DNA of 50,200 nt, counting the filler, from Stramenopiles sp. TOSAG23-3 (taxonomy: Eukaryota), in the NCBI GenBank assembly GCA_900128585.1. It is 4 parts of 4 records of this genome, joined end to end, with 100 filler letters (N's around TTAATTAATTAA, not from the genome) between each part and the next. Parts side by side here need not be neighbours in the genome. Positions count along the whole stretch, not along the records: positions 1 to 22,987 come from LT642320.1; 3 more parts are not named here. One strand, 5' to 3'. Position numbers and translations under genes: made by a program. Position 1 is the first letter of the stretch. Each line of letters begins with the position of its first letter. Shown here piece after piece: positions 1 to 10,300 of this stretch. The notes under the pieces were generated by a model. That model was not told where the DNA came from. It did no database searches and saw nothing but the letters and a program-made list of their open reading frames with translations.

Positions 1-447
1 TCGCCTCGCCTCGCCTCGATCGTACTTGATGGTACTTCTTCTATTTATTTCATTTGTGCATGCATGATGAAATTGTGCATGCCGTCCGTCCATTCGTTAG
101 GATGGTTGTTTTTCTATACCACCAACCAGATGCTGTTGTGTGTTTATGTATATTAGTATAATAAAATAATTAATAAATAATTATAAAAAAATCGCGATGT
201 TTCGTCATCAATTTCTTCTTCTTCTCTACACAATTTATTCTACGATCAATACATTCATCTTTAGCATATATACGATGATAAAAACTTCAACTGAGAAACG
301 CTGCCACGAGAACCATCTACAGCTAAGAAAAAGATATTTGATTCAAACCGGGATCATTTACTTCTATAAATAAAATAGACTTAATAAAAAGTGCCGTACC
401 GTACCTACAATACGAGTTCTAGTAGTGTTGTCCGTTGAATAATAATA

Positions 448-939
448 ATGAGCGAACCACCAAGAAAGAAGCAGAAGAAGGAGAAGAAGGAGAAGAAATC
501 TAAGAAAGATAAGAGGAAGCGTGAGGATGACAGCGAGGATGGAGGCTCGAAGCGCTCGTCCCTTCCCCTTGTTATTTCTCCGATTGCTCAACCTCTCGCG
601 GGAGAGAAACTGACCAAAAAGTTGCTAAAACTTGTGAAGAAAGTAGCAAAGGCCGATAGTAAGAAGTTAAGGCGTGGTGTAAAGGAGTGTGTTAAATATA
701 TTAGAAAAGGAGAGACGGGCCTCTGTCTTATTGCGGGAGACATATCTCCCATTGACGTAATTACTCATCTTCCAATATTGTGCGAAGAAAGCGACATTTC
801 ATACTGTTACGTGCCTTCGAAAGCAGAGCTTGGCGGTGCCGCGCTGACCAAGAGGCCTACCAGTTGCGTTTTGATCAAGTCGAGCTCCGACGTCAAGGAC
901 CTGTTTGAAGAGTGTGTGGGCGAACTCCCAACATTGTAA
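448..939 (+). CDS. NHP2: H/ACA ribonucleoprotein subunit 2 (L7Ae/L30e family)
   Basis: Contains 'SPIAQPLAGEKLTKK', 'LRRGVKECVKYIRKGE', 'IAGDISPIDVITHLPILCEE' and 'YVPSKAELG...TKRPTSCV', all typical of NHP2; Lys-rich N-terminus. Confidence 0.93.
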   Translation: MSEPPRKKQKKEKKEKKSKKDKRKREDDSEDGGSKRSSLPLVISPIAQPLAGEKLTKKLLKLVKKVAKADSKKLRRGVKECVKYIRKGETGLCLIAGDISPIDVITHLPILCEESDISYCYVPSKAELGGAALTKRPTSCVLIKSSSDVKDLFEECVGELPTL

Positions 940-1376
940 GTCGGGCCAAGACTATTGCGGTGGCTGGTAGGGGGGGGAGCACCGCGGACCGACCGTGGAT
1001 CGACTGCCTCTGACGATGAGACCTGGTGCTGCCTAATCTGCCGTTTGAGAGAGTGAGCCTTGCCTGCCTCCCTGCCCTGCCCCCTTTGCCTTTTGAGTGT
1101 GTGTGTGTGTGCGCCAACGCCAGTATTATTTAAATATCATTTACCAGGAGAGGAGATGTGCAGTAGTTGTGTAGAAAACAAAAAAGCAAAATATACGTGA
1201 TAGGTTTTAATTTTATTAAATATGCTGTGTAAAAAATCAAAAAATCTCTCATCCATATTTCTTAAAATTGTACTTCGTACTCTTCTCGATCTTACGAATG
1301 TGTGCATTTAAAAAAAGAAAACATCAGTAATTTATCATTTTAATTTTAAAACAAATTTAGTTTTTCGACTCCCTGT

Positions 1377-2939
1377 CTAGGCCGAAGGCTCCACCTCTGG
1401 GGCGACGTCCTCTGCGCCCACGGCGTCCAGGGAGCTGCTGGGTTTAGAAGGCTCCATCAACACTAAAAATTCGTCAAAATCAATGACACCATTGTTTTTC
1501 AAATCTGCACTCTTTAAAAATTCTGTGATTGCTTCTTCGCTGTAGACCTTCCCTGCAATCTTCTTCAAATTTTCCACGGAAATGAACCCAGATTTGTCCT
1601 TGTCTAGGCGGTCGAAGGCCACCCGCAAGGAATTCTTCTCCAAAAACCCACTGGTGTCCGCCGCGGCCGCTAAGAATTCCCCGTAATGGATTTTTCCCGT
1701 TCTGTCGAAATCGAGAGAGTCAAAAATGTTTTCCATGTCCTCAGTTGACAAGTTCTCCTGCTCCTTCAAAAGGGTCATCAGTTCCTCCCGGTTCAGGGTC
1801 CCCGAGTTGTCCACGTCTATGTCCGCGAACGCCAGCTGCAACTTTTTCATCTGCGCCCCATCCAAGGTGTGGGCGACTGCCATCATGGCCATCTTCTTCA
1901 CTGGGGAAAACTTAGCGTACTCGTTGATGTTCTTCAGCACGTCGTGATGGATTATAGACATACGCTTGGCCCCTATCTTTGTTTTGTTGGTCGTGAACCA
2001 CGGGTGTTCCAACGCCTGCGAGGCCGACAGTCGCTTGGCCGGGATCGGCTCCAGCATCTGCTGGATGAAGTCCTTGGCTTCGGCGGAAATGCTTTTCCAG
2101 CAACTGGCGTGGAACGAGAGCTTGGTGTGCTGCTGGACCTTCTTCAGCGTCTCGGACTGGTTTCGCCCTTGAAAGGGGACGCGGCCGACTAAGTACAAGT
2201 GGGCCAACACGCCGATCGCCCAGACGTCCACTTTTTCCGTGTAGTTCCCCGTCAAAATTTCCGGCGCGACGTACACTGGCGTCCCGCACATCGTCTGCTT
2301 GGCGCGCGAACCCCACAGGCTCATGCTGCTGGTCGGCGTTATCTTTCCGATGCCAAAATCGATCAGCACTATGCTATCGCGTTCCCCCGTGCGAAAGCAG
2401 ACGTTTGCAGGCTTGATGTCCCGGTGAATAATGTCGAACTTGTGGCAGTACGAGACCGCCGAGACCAACTGCCGGATAAGCTCGCAAATTTTCTTCTCTG
2501 TGAACTCTTCCTTCCGACCCTTGTACGCGTCGTACAAATCCCCCCCTTCCAGAAGTTCCATCACTAAATCCATCGTCGTGTCGCTTTCAAACGTCTCATA
2601 GAGCCTCACGATGTGCGGGTGGTCGAGTTTCTTCAAAAGTGCTACCTCGTTGCGCAGCTCCTTCAGTTGCGCGGTGTCGAGCTTGTCCAAGTTAACGCTC
2701 TTCAACGCAAAGAGCTTTCCCTCCATGGTCTTGTGCTCGACTTTGTAGACCGCTCCAGTTATGCCCGCCCCAAGCTTCTTCACAACTTTGTACTTGTCCT
2801 CCCATATCTGATCACGAATAGTGCCGATCAACTCCCCAAATATTTCCGTGTCTGTCTCCGTCGATTTGCGCGAACGTGAATTTCTGTCCGCGGTGGAGGT
2901 GGAGGTGGTGGTGTCCCCGCCACAAAGTTTGTTCCCCAT
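1377..2939 (-). CDS. Calcium-dependent protein kinase (kinase + 4 EF-hands)
   Basis: GxGxxG (GAGITG), HRDIKPAN, DFG, APE motifs, a junction region and four DxDxxG EF-hands. Likely true start is MGNKLC at 2939 (N-myristoylation Gly2 plus Cys). Confidence 0.93.
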   Translation of the reverse strand: MGNKLCGGDTTTSTSTADRNSRSRKSTETDTEIFGELIGTIRDQIWEDKYKVVKKLGAGITGAVYKVEHKTMEGKLFALKSVNLDKLDTAQLKELRNEVALLKKLDHPHIVRLYETFESDTTMDLVMELLEGGDLYDAYKGRKEEFTEKKICELIRQLVSAVSYCHKFDIIHRDIKPANVCFRTGERDSIVLIDFGIGKITPTSSMSLWGSRAKQTMCGTPVYVAPEILTGNYTEKVDVWAIGVLAHLYLVGRVPFQGRNQSETLKKVQQHTKLSFHASCWKSISAEAKDFIQQMLEPIPAKRLSASQALEHPWFTTNKTKIGAKRMSIIHHDVLKNINEYAKFSPVKKMAMMAVAHTLDGAQMKKLQLAFADIDVDNSGTLNREELMTLLKEQENLSTEDMENIFDSLDFDRTGKIHYGEFLAAAADTSGFLEKNSLRVAFDRLDKDKSGFISVENLKKIAGKVYSEEAITEFLKSADLKNNGVIDFDEFLVLMEPSKPSSSLDAVGAEDVAPEVEPSA

Positions 2940-3715
2940 ATACGTTTGTATGTAGTGAGTGGTAGTAGTGGAGGACGTATGTAGGCGGTCAAGCAGCTCT
3001 CTCGTAGGCTCGTCGTTTGGCCGAAACAATATCTTCTTTAAAACCGTTCGCTGCACAGGAGGTGGCACATTTTCAATTAGCGGTCTGTTGGTCTGGTAAC
3101 AATGTATAGTTTTCAGATTTGGATATAATGTGAATAATACAAAATGTGATGATGATAATTATTTTTTATTATTATTATTATTATTTTTTTAATAATTATT
3201 TTTATATATAAAATTATAATTAATACTACTAGGGGTATTACAATAACACAGGTATTAAAAAACGGGTATTATTTATTATATATATTTTTTATTATACGAA
3301 TTAGCTCATCATGATGTAATTATTAGATTTTTTTTTTTTTTACCAAAAAAAAAAAATAAAAAAGAAGAGGAGAAGAAGAAGATTATTATTAGCCAATTAT
3401 TAGATAGACTATACAGTTTTAAATAGTCGTCTCCTCGTAGTATTGAGAGGAGGGGAGGGGAGGGAAGAAGTAAAATAACTAGAAGATAAAATATAGTTGC
3501 AATAGTACTATATATGGTATTGGTGTAATTATAATTAATACTATTATATAATATATGATAGGTAATTATACATTAGAAATAATAATAATATACAATATAA
3601 TTACTCATAATTAGTAATCTAGATATATATTAGTCCTAGTAAAGAAAAGAGCAAGGGAAGAAGAGACAATGAATCTGAAATCTGAAGAACGAGAAGAAGA
3701 AGTAAAGCTGAATGA

Positions 3716-3905
3716 ATGAAGAAGGACAGAAATAAAAAAAAAGAAAAGAAAAGAAGAAGAAGAAGAAGAAGAAAGAAGAAGAAGATTGAAAGAAGAAGAA
3801 GAAAGAAGAAGAAGAAGAGGAAGAAGAAAGAAGAAGAAGAAGAAAGAAAAGATGAAGAAGAAGAAGAAGAAGAAGAAGAAGAAGAAGAAGAAGAAGAAGA
3901 AGGAA
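3716..3905 (+). repeat. (GAA)n-dominated polypurine microsatellite
   Basis: Direct inspection; lies in the divergent CDPK/TTLL spacer. Confidence 0.95.
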
Positions 3906-4491
3906 GAGACGGGGCAGGGGGCGGCTGGCGGCCGAGGGTGGATTGATAGGACATGTTTCATACTTATCTTATAAATACCACCGTAGTAGTCTCATATACT
4001 GTTACCTATATAATATATATTTGCGAGCATTTTTTTTTCTTCTTTTTTTCTTCTTTTCTTATATTATTGGCCGTTATTCAATATTCAATCAATCCCATCA
4101 TATATCCATATTAAGAATTAAAAAAAAGGAAGAAGAATTACGTATTATTTTTTATTAATTAGAAGAAGAAGCTCGAATAAAGAATAATAAAATTACATTT
4201 CAACATACTACACAACAAGGACACACCATCAGCAAAAACAATAATATTTTTTCTTCCCATCATTCATCTTCTTTTTTCTTCTTCTTTTTCAAGAATAATA
4301 TAATTAATAAAATAGTGTGAAAAAAAATATTATATGTTACATTTTCGTGTTTTTCTTCAATCAATTCAAAATTAATTACTGCTCGGGAGAAAGAAAAAAT
4401 TCAGTTTTCACCACGCCAATTCAAATTTCCTTCTCTGTTGTCTTAATTGATCGAAAGAATTTCATCGCACCGTAAACGCCCACGTCTCACT

Positions 4492-6039
4492 ATGCAATAC
4501 GTCGGAGACGACGTCAAAGGTGAAGCGACGAAAAAGGAGGAACGCCAGGGGGGGGCGTGTCCCCTGGGGTCGCTGGTCCTGCGGATGGGGTCTGTTCCGA
4601 CCTCGTTGCGAACGGCGTGCTTGGCCAAGGGGTGGCGGGAGTACGATCAAAATACCTGCCGTGTGGACCAGTGGAATTTATGGTGGAAAAATGGGAGGTT
4701 TAAGCCCACAGAGTACAAAACGCCTCACGAACTGCAACGCATGAACCACTTTCCAAAGTCCAGCATTATCACAAAGAAAGATAGCATGCTGCGTGCGCTC
4801 AGAAAAGCTCAAAAAGTGTACGGGTCTGTATATAACTTTTTTCCCGAATCATTTATACTACCAAACGAGTATACAAAGTTCATGAAACGATACTCGGAGC
4901 AAGAAAAGCCAGAGCTCTGGATTTGCAAACCCGACGGCAGCAGCCGTGGGCGAGGCATATTCTTAATAAAAGACCCTTTCAGCGATCTGAAATACGACCA
5001 GCAATACATTGTACAGCACTACATACAGCGCCCACTGCTCGTGGGTGGGTACAAAATGGACCTGCGGATTTACGTGCTTGTTAGATCGTTTAAACCCCTT
5101 CGCGCCTACATTTACCGCGACGGCCTTGCGCGTTTCGGCACGGAAAAGTACGAAGCGAACGTTCAGGACATTAGCAACCAATACTCCCACTTGACCAACG
5201 CGTCCATCAACAAGCACTCCAAGACGTTCAGTGCGGAGAAGGACGTCATTGGGGCAGGGTGCAAGTGGACGTTCGGCGATCTCAAGGGCTGGTTTGTCGA
5301 GAATGGGCACGACTGGGAGAACATGTGGGGGCGCACCAGGAACTTAATATCGCTGACCCTCCTGACCGCGGTGAAGACCGTGCCCATCCGGCCCTGGTGC
5401 TTCGAACTGTTTGGCTTTGACGTTATGTTGGACGAGAAGCTCGAGCCTAGCCTCATTGAAGTCAACTGCTCGCCGGCGCTGGGGATCGACGAGCCCGCGG
5501 ACAAGACCGTCAAGATTCCCTTGCTCGATCAAATGATAGAATTGCTGGACATCAAACCCTTCGCGCCTGAAAACGTGAACAAAGTACTGAAGGAGAAAAT
5601 GAAACTGGGCAGAAACAAAAATAGGAACCGGAAGCGAGACGGCAGCAGCTTGAAACGGCGGAGGGAGAAGAAGCCTGCTGCTGCCGCAGTGCAAAATGCA
5701 TCGGAGCCCACGATCGTTGATTTAAACACCCTGGTCGTTCCGGGCACGAACTTCGAAAAGCTTTTCCCCTTTAACAAAGAATCGGAAGAGCTCTCGGCCC
5801 AGTTAGAGTTCGCCGCAGACGACATGCAAATGCAAAAAATAGAAAGGAGCATTGCCAAGATTCTTCGAACGGAACAGCGCCTGTACAAGCAGCAAAGGAA
5901 GACCCAGCGGCAACAGCAGCAGCAAGCCGGGACGGCTAGTGCCGCCGCAGCAGAGAGAAGGGAGGAAAAGAACAACATGCAACTGAAGCTAGACACTGCA
6001 AAGCAGATCGACACTTTTCTCAACGGAAGTTCCTCTTGA
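4492..6039 (+). CDS. Tubulin-tyrosine ligase-like polyglutamylase (TTLL1/2/9 group, TTLL2-like)
   Basis: Motifs 'MNHFP...ITKKD', 'WICKPDGSSRGRGIFL', 'QHYIQRPLLVGGYKMDLRIYV', 'HLTNASINK', 'FELFGFDVMLD', 'LIEVNCSPAL'. First ATG at 4492. Confidence 0.9.
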   Translation: MQYVGDDVKGEATKKEERQGGACPLGSLVLRMGSVPTSLRTACLAKGWREYDQNTCRVDQWNLWWKNGRFKPTEYKTPHELQRMNHFPKSSIITKKDSMLRALRKAQKVYGSVYNFFPESFILPNEYTKFMKRYSEQEKPELWICKPDGSSRGRGIFLIKDPFSDLKYDQQYIVQHYIQRPLLVGGYKMDLRIYVLVRSFKPLRAYIYRDGLARFGTEKYEANVQDISNQYSHLTNASINKHSKTFSAEKDVIGAGCKWTFGDLKGWFVENGHDWENMWGRTRNLISLTLLTAVKTVPIRPWCFELFGFDVMLDEKLEPSLIEVNCSPALGIDEPADKTVKIPLLDQMIELLDIKPFAPENVNKVLKEKMKLGRNKNRNRKRDGSSLKRRREKKPAAAAVQNASEPTIVDLNTLVVPGTNFEKLFPFNKESEELSAQLEFAADDMQMQKIERSIAKILRTEQRLYKQQRKTQRQQQQQAGTASAAAAERREEKNNMQLKLDTAKQIDTFLNGSSS

Positions 6040-6681
6040 TCGTTGGAAAGCGGAAGGCAGAGGAACAGGCGAAGTAGTAGAGGAGAAGAAAAGGATTGTT
6101 GTTGAAAATTGAAAAACATAAAATACTACCTACACCACACCAGTATAAATAATAAAAACAGTGAACAGGAGAGCATTACAAAAAGAAGAAGAGAGAAGAA
6201 GAAAGAATTGAAGAACCAAATCCAAAATCACACCACCACACCACACCGTTCACCGCTTTGATTTTGTAGTTATAGTTCATATAGTTCGTAGTACACATTA
6301 CATGAAAAACGTAGTCCTCGTATCGTAAATTATGCGTGTGATACACATACACACAACTGAATAAGACAATCCATTCCGATTATTTAATATTAAAGTACCT
6401 TGGTATTATATTTTATTAGATCACTCCTCGTATTATATTCTAATAAATAGGTTTTACTCTTCGTCCGTAGTAGTGTTTGTCTAGATATATAAACAAACTG
6501 TCACCTCACAATTTAAAGTTACATACTTCTACTACGTAGGACGACGGTCTCCTCGTAGTCCAAGTCAATCAATGAAACTTCCATTTAAAATTTAAGCTAC
6601 GAGGTCGTAACTAACTCAAACTCAAACTCTTGGTATTATTTATTTTAAAATGTTTCTAGTCCGTCTTGTTCTAGTTCTGTA

Positions 6682-6716
6682 TCTGGAACTGGAATCTGGA
6701 ATCTGGAATCTGGAAT
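6682..6716 (+). repeat. Short (CTGGAAT)n tandem repeat
   Basis: tctggaactggaatctggaatctggaatctggaat, about 5 units. Confidence 0.8.
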
Positions 6717-7394
6717 GGCAATACGGTACCATTCATTTAGAATGAATGATGACTACGAGGATTTGTAATGATGATAAAATACCTACCTATTATACCTATT
6801 ATTACATACCTACCTAGATTACCAATCTGCCTATAATTTCCCGTATTATCGTTGGTGGGATAAATATAAAATATTATTATATTCCAATAATACGAGGAGT
6901 CCTCGTATTCCAAGTCCTCTTCGAAAAATGAAAAAAAAATAATTTCATCTTCTTCTTCTATCGATCTTTTTTTTCTCTTCTTTTCTTTCTTTCTTTCTTC
7001 TTCTCTTTCTTCTTTTATTTGTTTTTGTTTGTTTGTGATATAATGACAATGGTGATGATGATGATGATGTTGTTGTTGTTGTGTTTGTTGGTTGGGGAAG
7101 AAGAAGAAGAAAAAGAATATTATGTTGTATTAATAGTCATTATTTATACTACTAGTTCATTCCTGGTTTGGTTTATTAACTAAAACAGATTACAAAAAGA
7201 ATGATGTTCACTTAAGACGTTCAAATTGGCATAAGAAACAGCCAACTAAACCAACTAGATTACTTTTTAGTTGATTAATCCGTTTGATCTGAGTTGTTTA
7301 GTTTCATTGCTCTGTTGCGTTTGAAAAAAAACAACACCCACCCCACTCGAGACATCTGCCTGATTGGCGTGCCCGAACGCGTCATCGTAATCCG

Positions 7395-10300
7395 ATGCAC
7401 CCTCACAATGAGTCGCGGGCAAATACCTACGAAGGCAGGCTTCCTGACCTCAAGCTGGAAAAAAGGTATGTCGAGCTCAAGGAAATGAGTTCCCTGACGT
7501 CTATCCTTGAAAATTCTTCAAGTGGGTCGACGATTGGCACAGAAACCTTGCGTTCGCCCCCCACGTCAGATGGCCCCGCGGACATCTTGCAGCCTCTGAA
7601 GAGTGCCTTTGCTATTACACCCGCAAGCACAACAGTTGATCCTGTCATGTGGCTGACAGAGTATGCGGACAGAATCGACCAGCACCAGGCTGCCATTGAG
7701 GCTGCGTCCGCGTTTGAGGAAATGTGGCGGGCGTCCAATACGAAGGTCCTAGAAGACTGCATCGAAATGAAGGAGAAAATTGAACAACACGTTGAAAAAT
7801 TTCAAGGAAATGTTCCCATAAACAGGCAAAAGGAGCACCTTGAGACGCTTAGGGCAGACTTTAAGGCGCAGCAAGAGGCCAAAAGGGTTGCCGCGGTAAA
7901 CGTGATAAAGGCCAAGGAAGAGCTGAGGCTGGCAGAAGAAAAGTACCGAAAGGCTACGATCCATGCCAGGCGTGTTCGACAGCAAAGTACCATTACGGAA
8001 GACGATCTGAAAGAGAGAGAGATATTGGTCGTGAAGCTGACCGAGGAACTGCCACGGGTGCTGGGCCATTGTGAATCCCTCGTGAGGGACGCCAGCCGGA
8101 AAGCCGAGCTTATCGATGCATTGAAGGAATACTGTGAACGGGCGACGCGGTTCTTGCAGAGTACCATGGACCCGCAAAGTGCGTTTTTGAGAATGGTAGA
8201 GCGGCTGCGTGCCCTCATTGTCCATTCCTCCGAGAACGGCGTCGTGTACAACAAGAACGCGCTGAACAGGGCCATTCACCTGGTCCGGTGCGTATGGGAT
8301 CAAGGCGCTCTGCCCCGTGAAGTTTCAACCCTGGGGAGCTGTATTGCCGCGCCCGATGGTGGAACGAGACGCAAGTTTGCCAACACGGGCAATGCCACTC
8401 ATGTTTATTTCCACGCTGGAGTAGAGCTGCACAATGTTCCCGAGCGGCACGTTGAGCAGGCGTTCAGGGTCACCAACTGTTTGAGGTACTTGAGGCAGCA
8501 CCACAACAGTTCGACTCCGTACTTTATTACTGAAATTACAAAGAGGAACGAAGTTTCGCCTAGTGCAACAATTCTCCGCCTTGTTCATTCCGGGGCCTAC
8601 TTGCAGCGTATCTTTCAAACAGCCGAGGAGGCCGCAACCTCGGCACCAGTCCCAATGGAGGGCTCCGATGACGAGCTGGTCGCCGTTGATATGGAATCGG
8701 AGGGAGAAAACGAGGAATACCACGTAGGCAAGACCTTGGTAAACACGTTTCTTGATGACGCCAGGTGGAAAAGAATTAAATGCGCTCACAAGCTGCACGA
8801 AATTGGGATTTCCTCGGACGCTGATAATGCGGCGCAAGGGCTTGAGGTCGAATACAGTGCTACTGGGGGCCTGGACGGTGCGCCGGCGCAGGAGGGCTCG
8901 CAGGGCTCACTCAAAAATAGTAGCGGCAGGGAAGGGTTGGGAACGTCCCCTGGCGGGAACGGTCGGCAGCATAATAGTGGGACGGCAAGCGCTCCCTCCA
9001 CCACCGATTTTAGCGCGTTAAGAAAGCTTTACGACAATGAGGTAATGAAGGCTATCCAAGGCGTCGATTTTTCCAGCATAAGAAGTTTGAGCCTGAAGCA
9101 AATGCTCGAGTACAGGCTAGTAAGACCGGGGCCGATCCACATTATGTACCGTGGTGTAGTGGTAACAGAAGGGGTGTTTCTTCCGAACGGCAACTTCAGA
9201 GCATTCGGGGAAGAGTACGAAACCCCGTCGGGCATGGCAATGCAGTGCATTCGAAGAAAGTTAAACCCTGATCTTCAATCGATCAGTGGCTACGTCGCTG
9301 TTCACCAAAACGGTTCAAGTCTTGCCTCGATCCGTAATAAATTTTTGAACGCTGTGAAAAAGTATTGCGGGGAAGACACACAGGGTTCGTACGAGGTCTA
9401 CGAGGATCCACCCGATTTTGAAAAAGTTCCTACCAACAATTTCAAATTTTCGCTTTTTGAAAAAGAAATTCAAAACAAAAACATAACGATAAAGCAGTTG
9501 ATCGACAGCGAATTGCTGACGCCTGGCCCAATCACGATATTTTATCACAAAAAATCCGTAGAGGCGGGAACGCTATTGAAGGACGGCACCTTCGAATATG
9601 CGGGGAACGTGTGGCAAACGCCGTCGTCTGTGGCTTTGTATGTAGCTCGAAAAGTGAATCCAGACATAAAAACACTAAATGGATACTCTGCTATAAGGCG
9701 TAAGGGGGTGAAATTAGAGACTTACCGAAAAGCATTCGTGAAAAAACTGAAGGAGGCCCATAGCAAGAAACGAACGGTGCAGGAAACGAGCGAGGAAATT
9801 GAGAAGGAAGAGACTGTGGGAACGGAAGGGCCGGCAGAAAATGTAAAAAACTCTGTCCTTAAGGCAGAGACGGAGACGATGCATCGGAGAAAGGGGGGCA
9901 AAGGGGGATCCCTCTCCCCGCGTGGCAAAGGCTCCCTCACCTCGCGTGGCAAAGGCTCCCTCACTCCGCGTAACAAAGCCCCACTGTCTCCGCGCGTGAA
10001 GGGGAAAGCCAGCACAGAGCCGGCGCGTGTTACCCGAAAAAAGACTAGGTCTCCTGGGAAAATGGAAAGCGGGTGTGGGAGCGGAGACAACGGGGCACTG
10101 CAGTACTGGCTGTTTTTAGGCGGAAAGCTAGCACTGGATCGCGAGTCTTTGATAGAAATTTGGATGAATGACGACAGAAGCGGCAAGACCCACAGTTGGC
10201 ATCGTGCCAAAATCAACCACCAGTGTGGAAAGTACGAGTACAAGTACCATTTTATTGCCGACTCGAACAAAAGATCGTACGTGCTGAATGTGTTGCATCA

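Noticed and set aside
3611..3974. Poly-Phe/Ser/Lys/Glu/Arg ORFs (also at 12862-13233, 24295-24593, 34542-35431)
   Set aside because: Translations of microsatellites.
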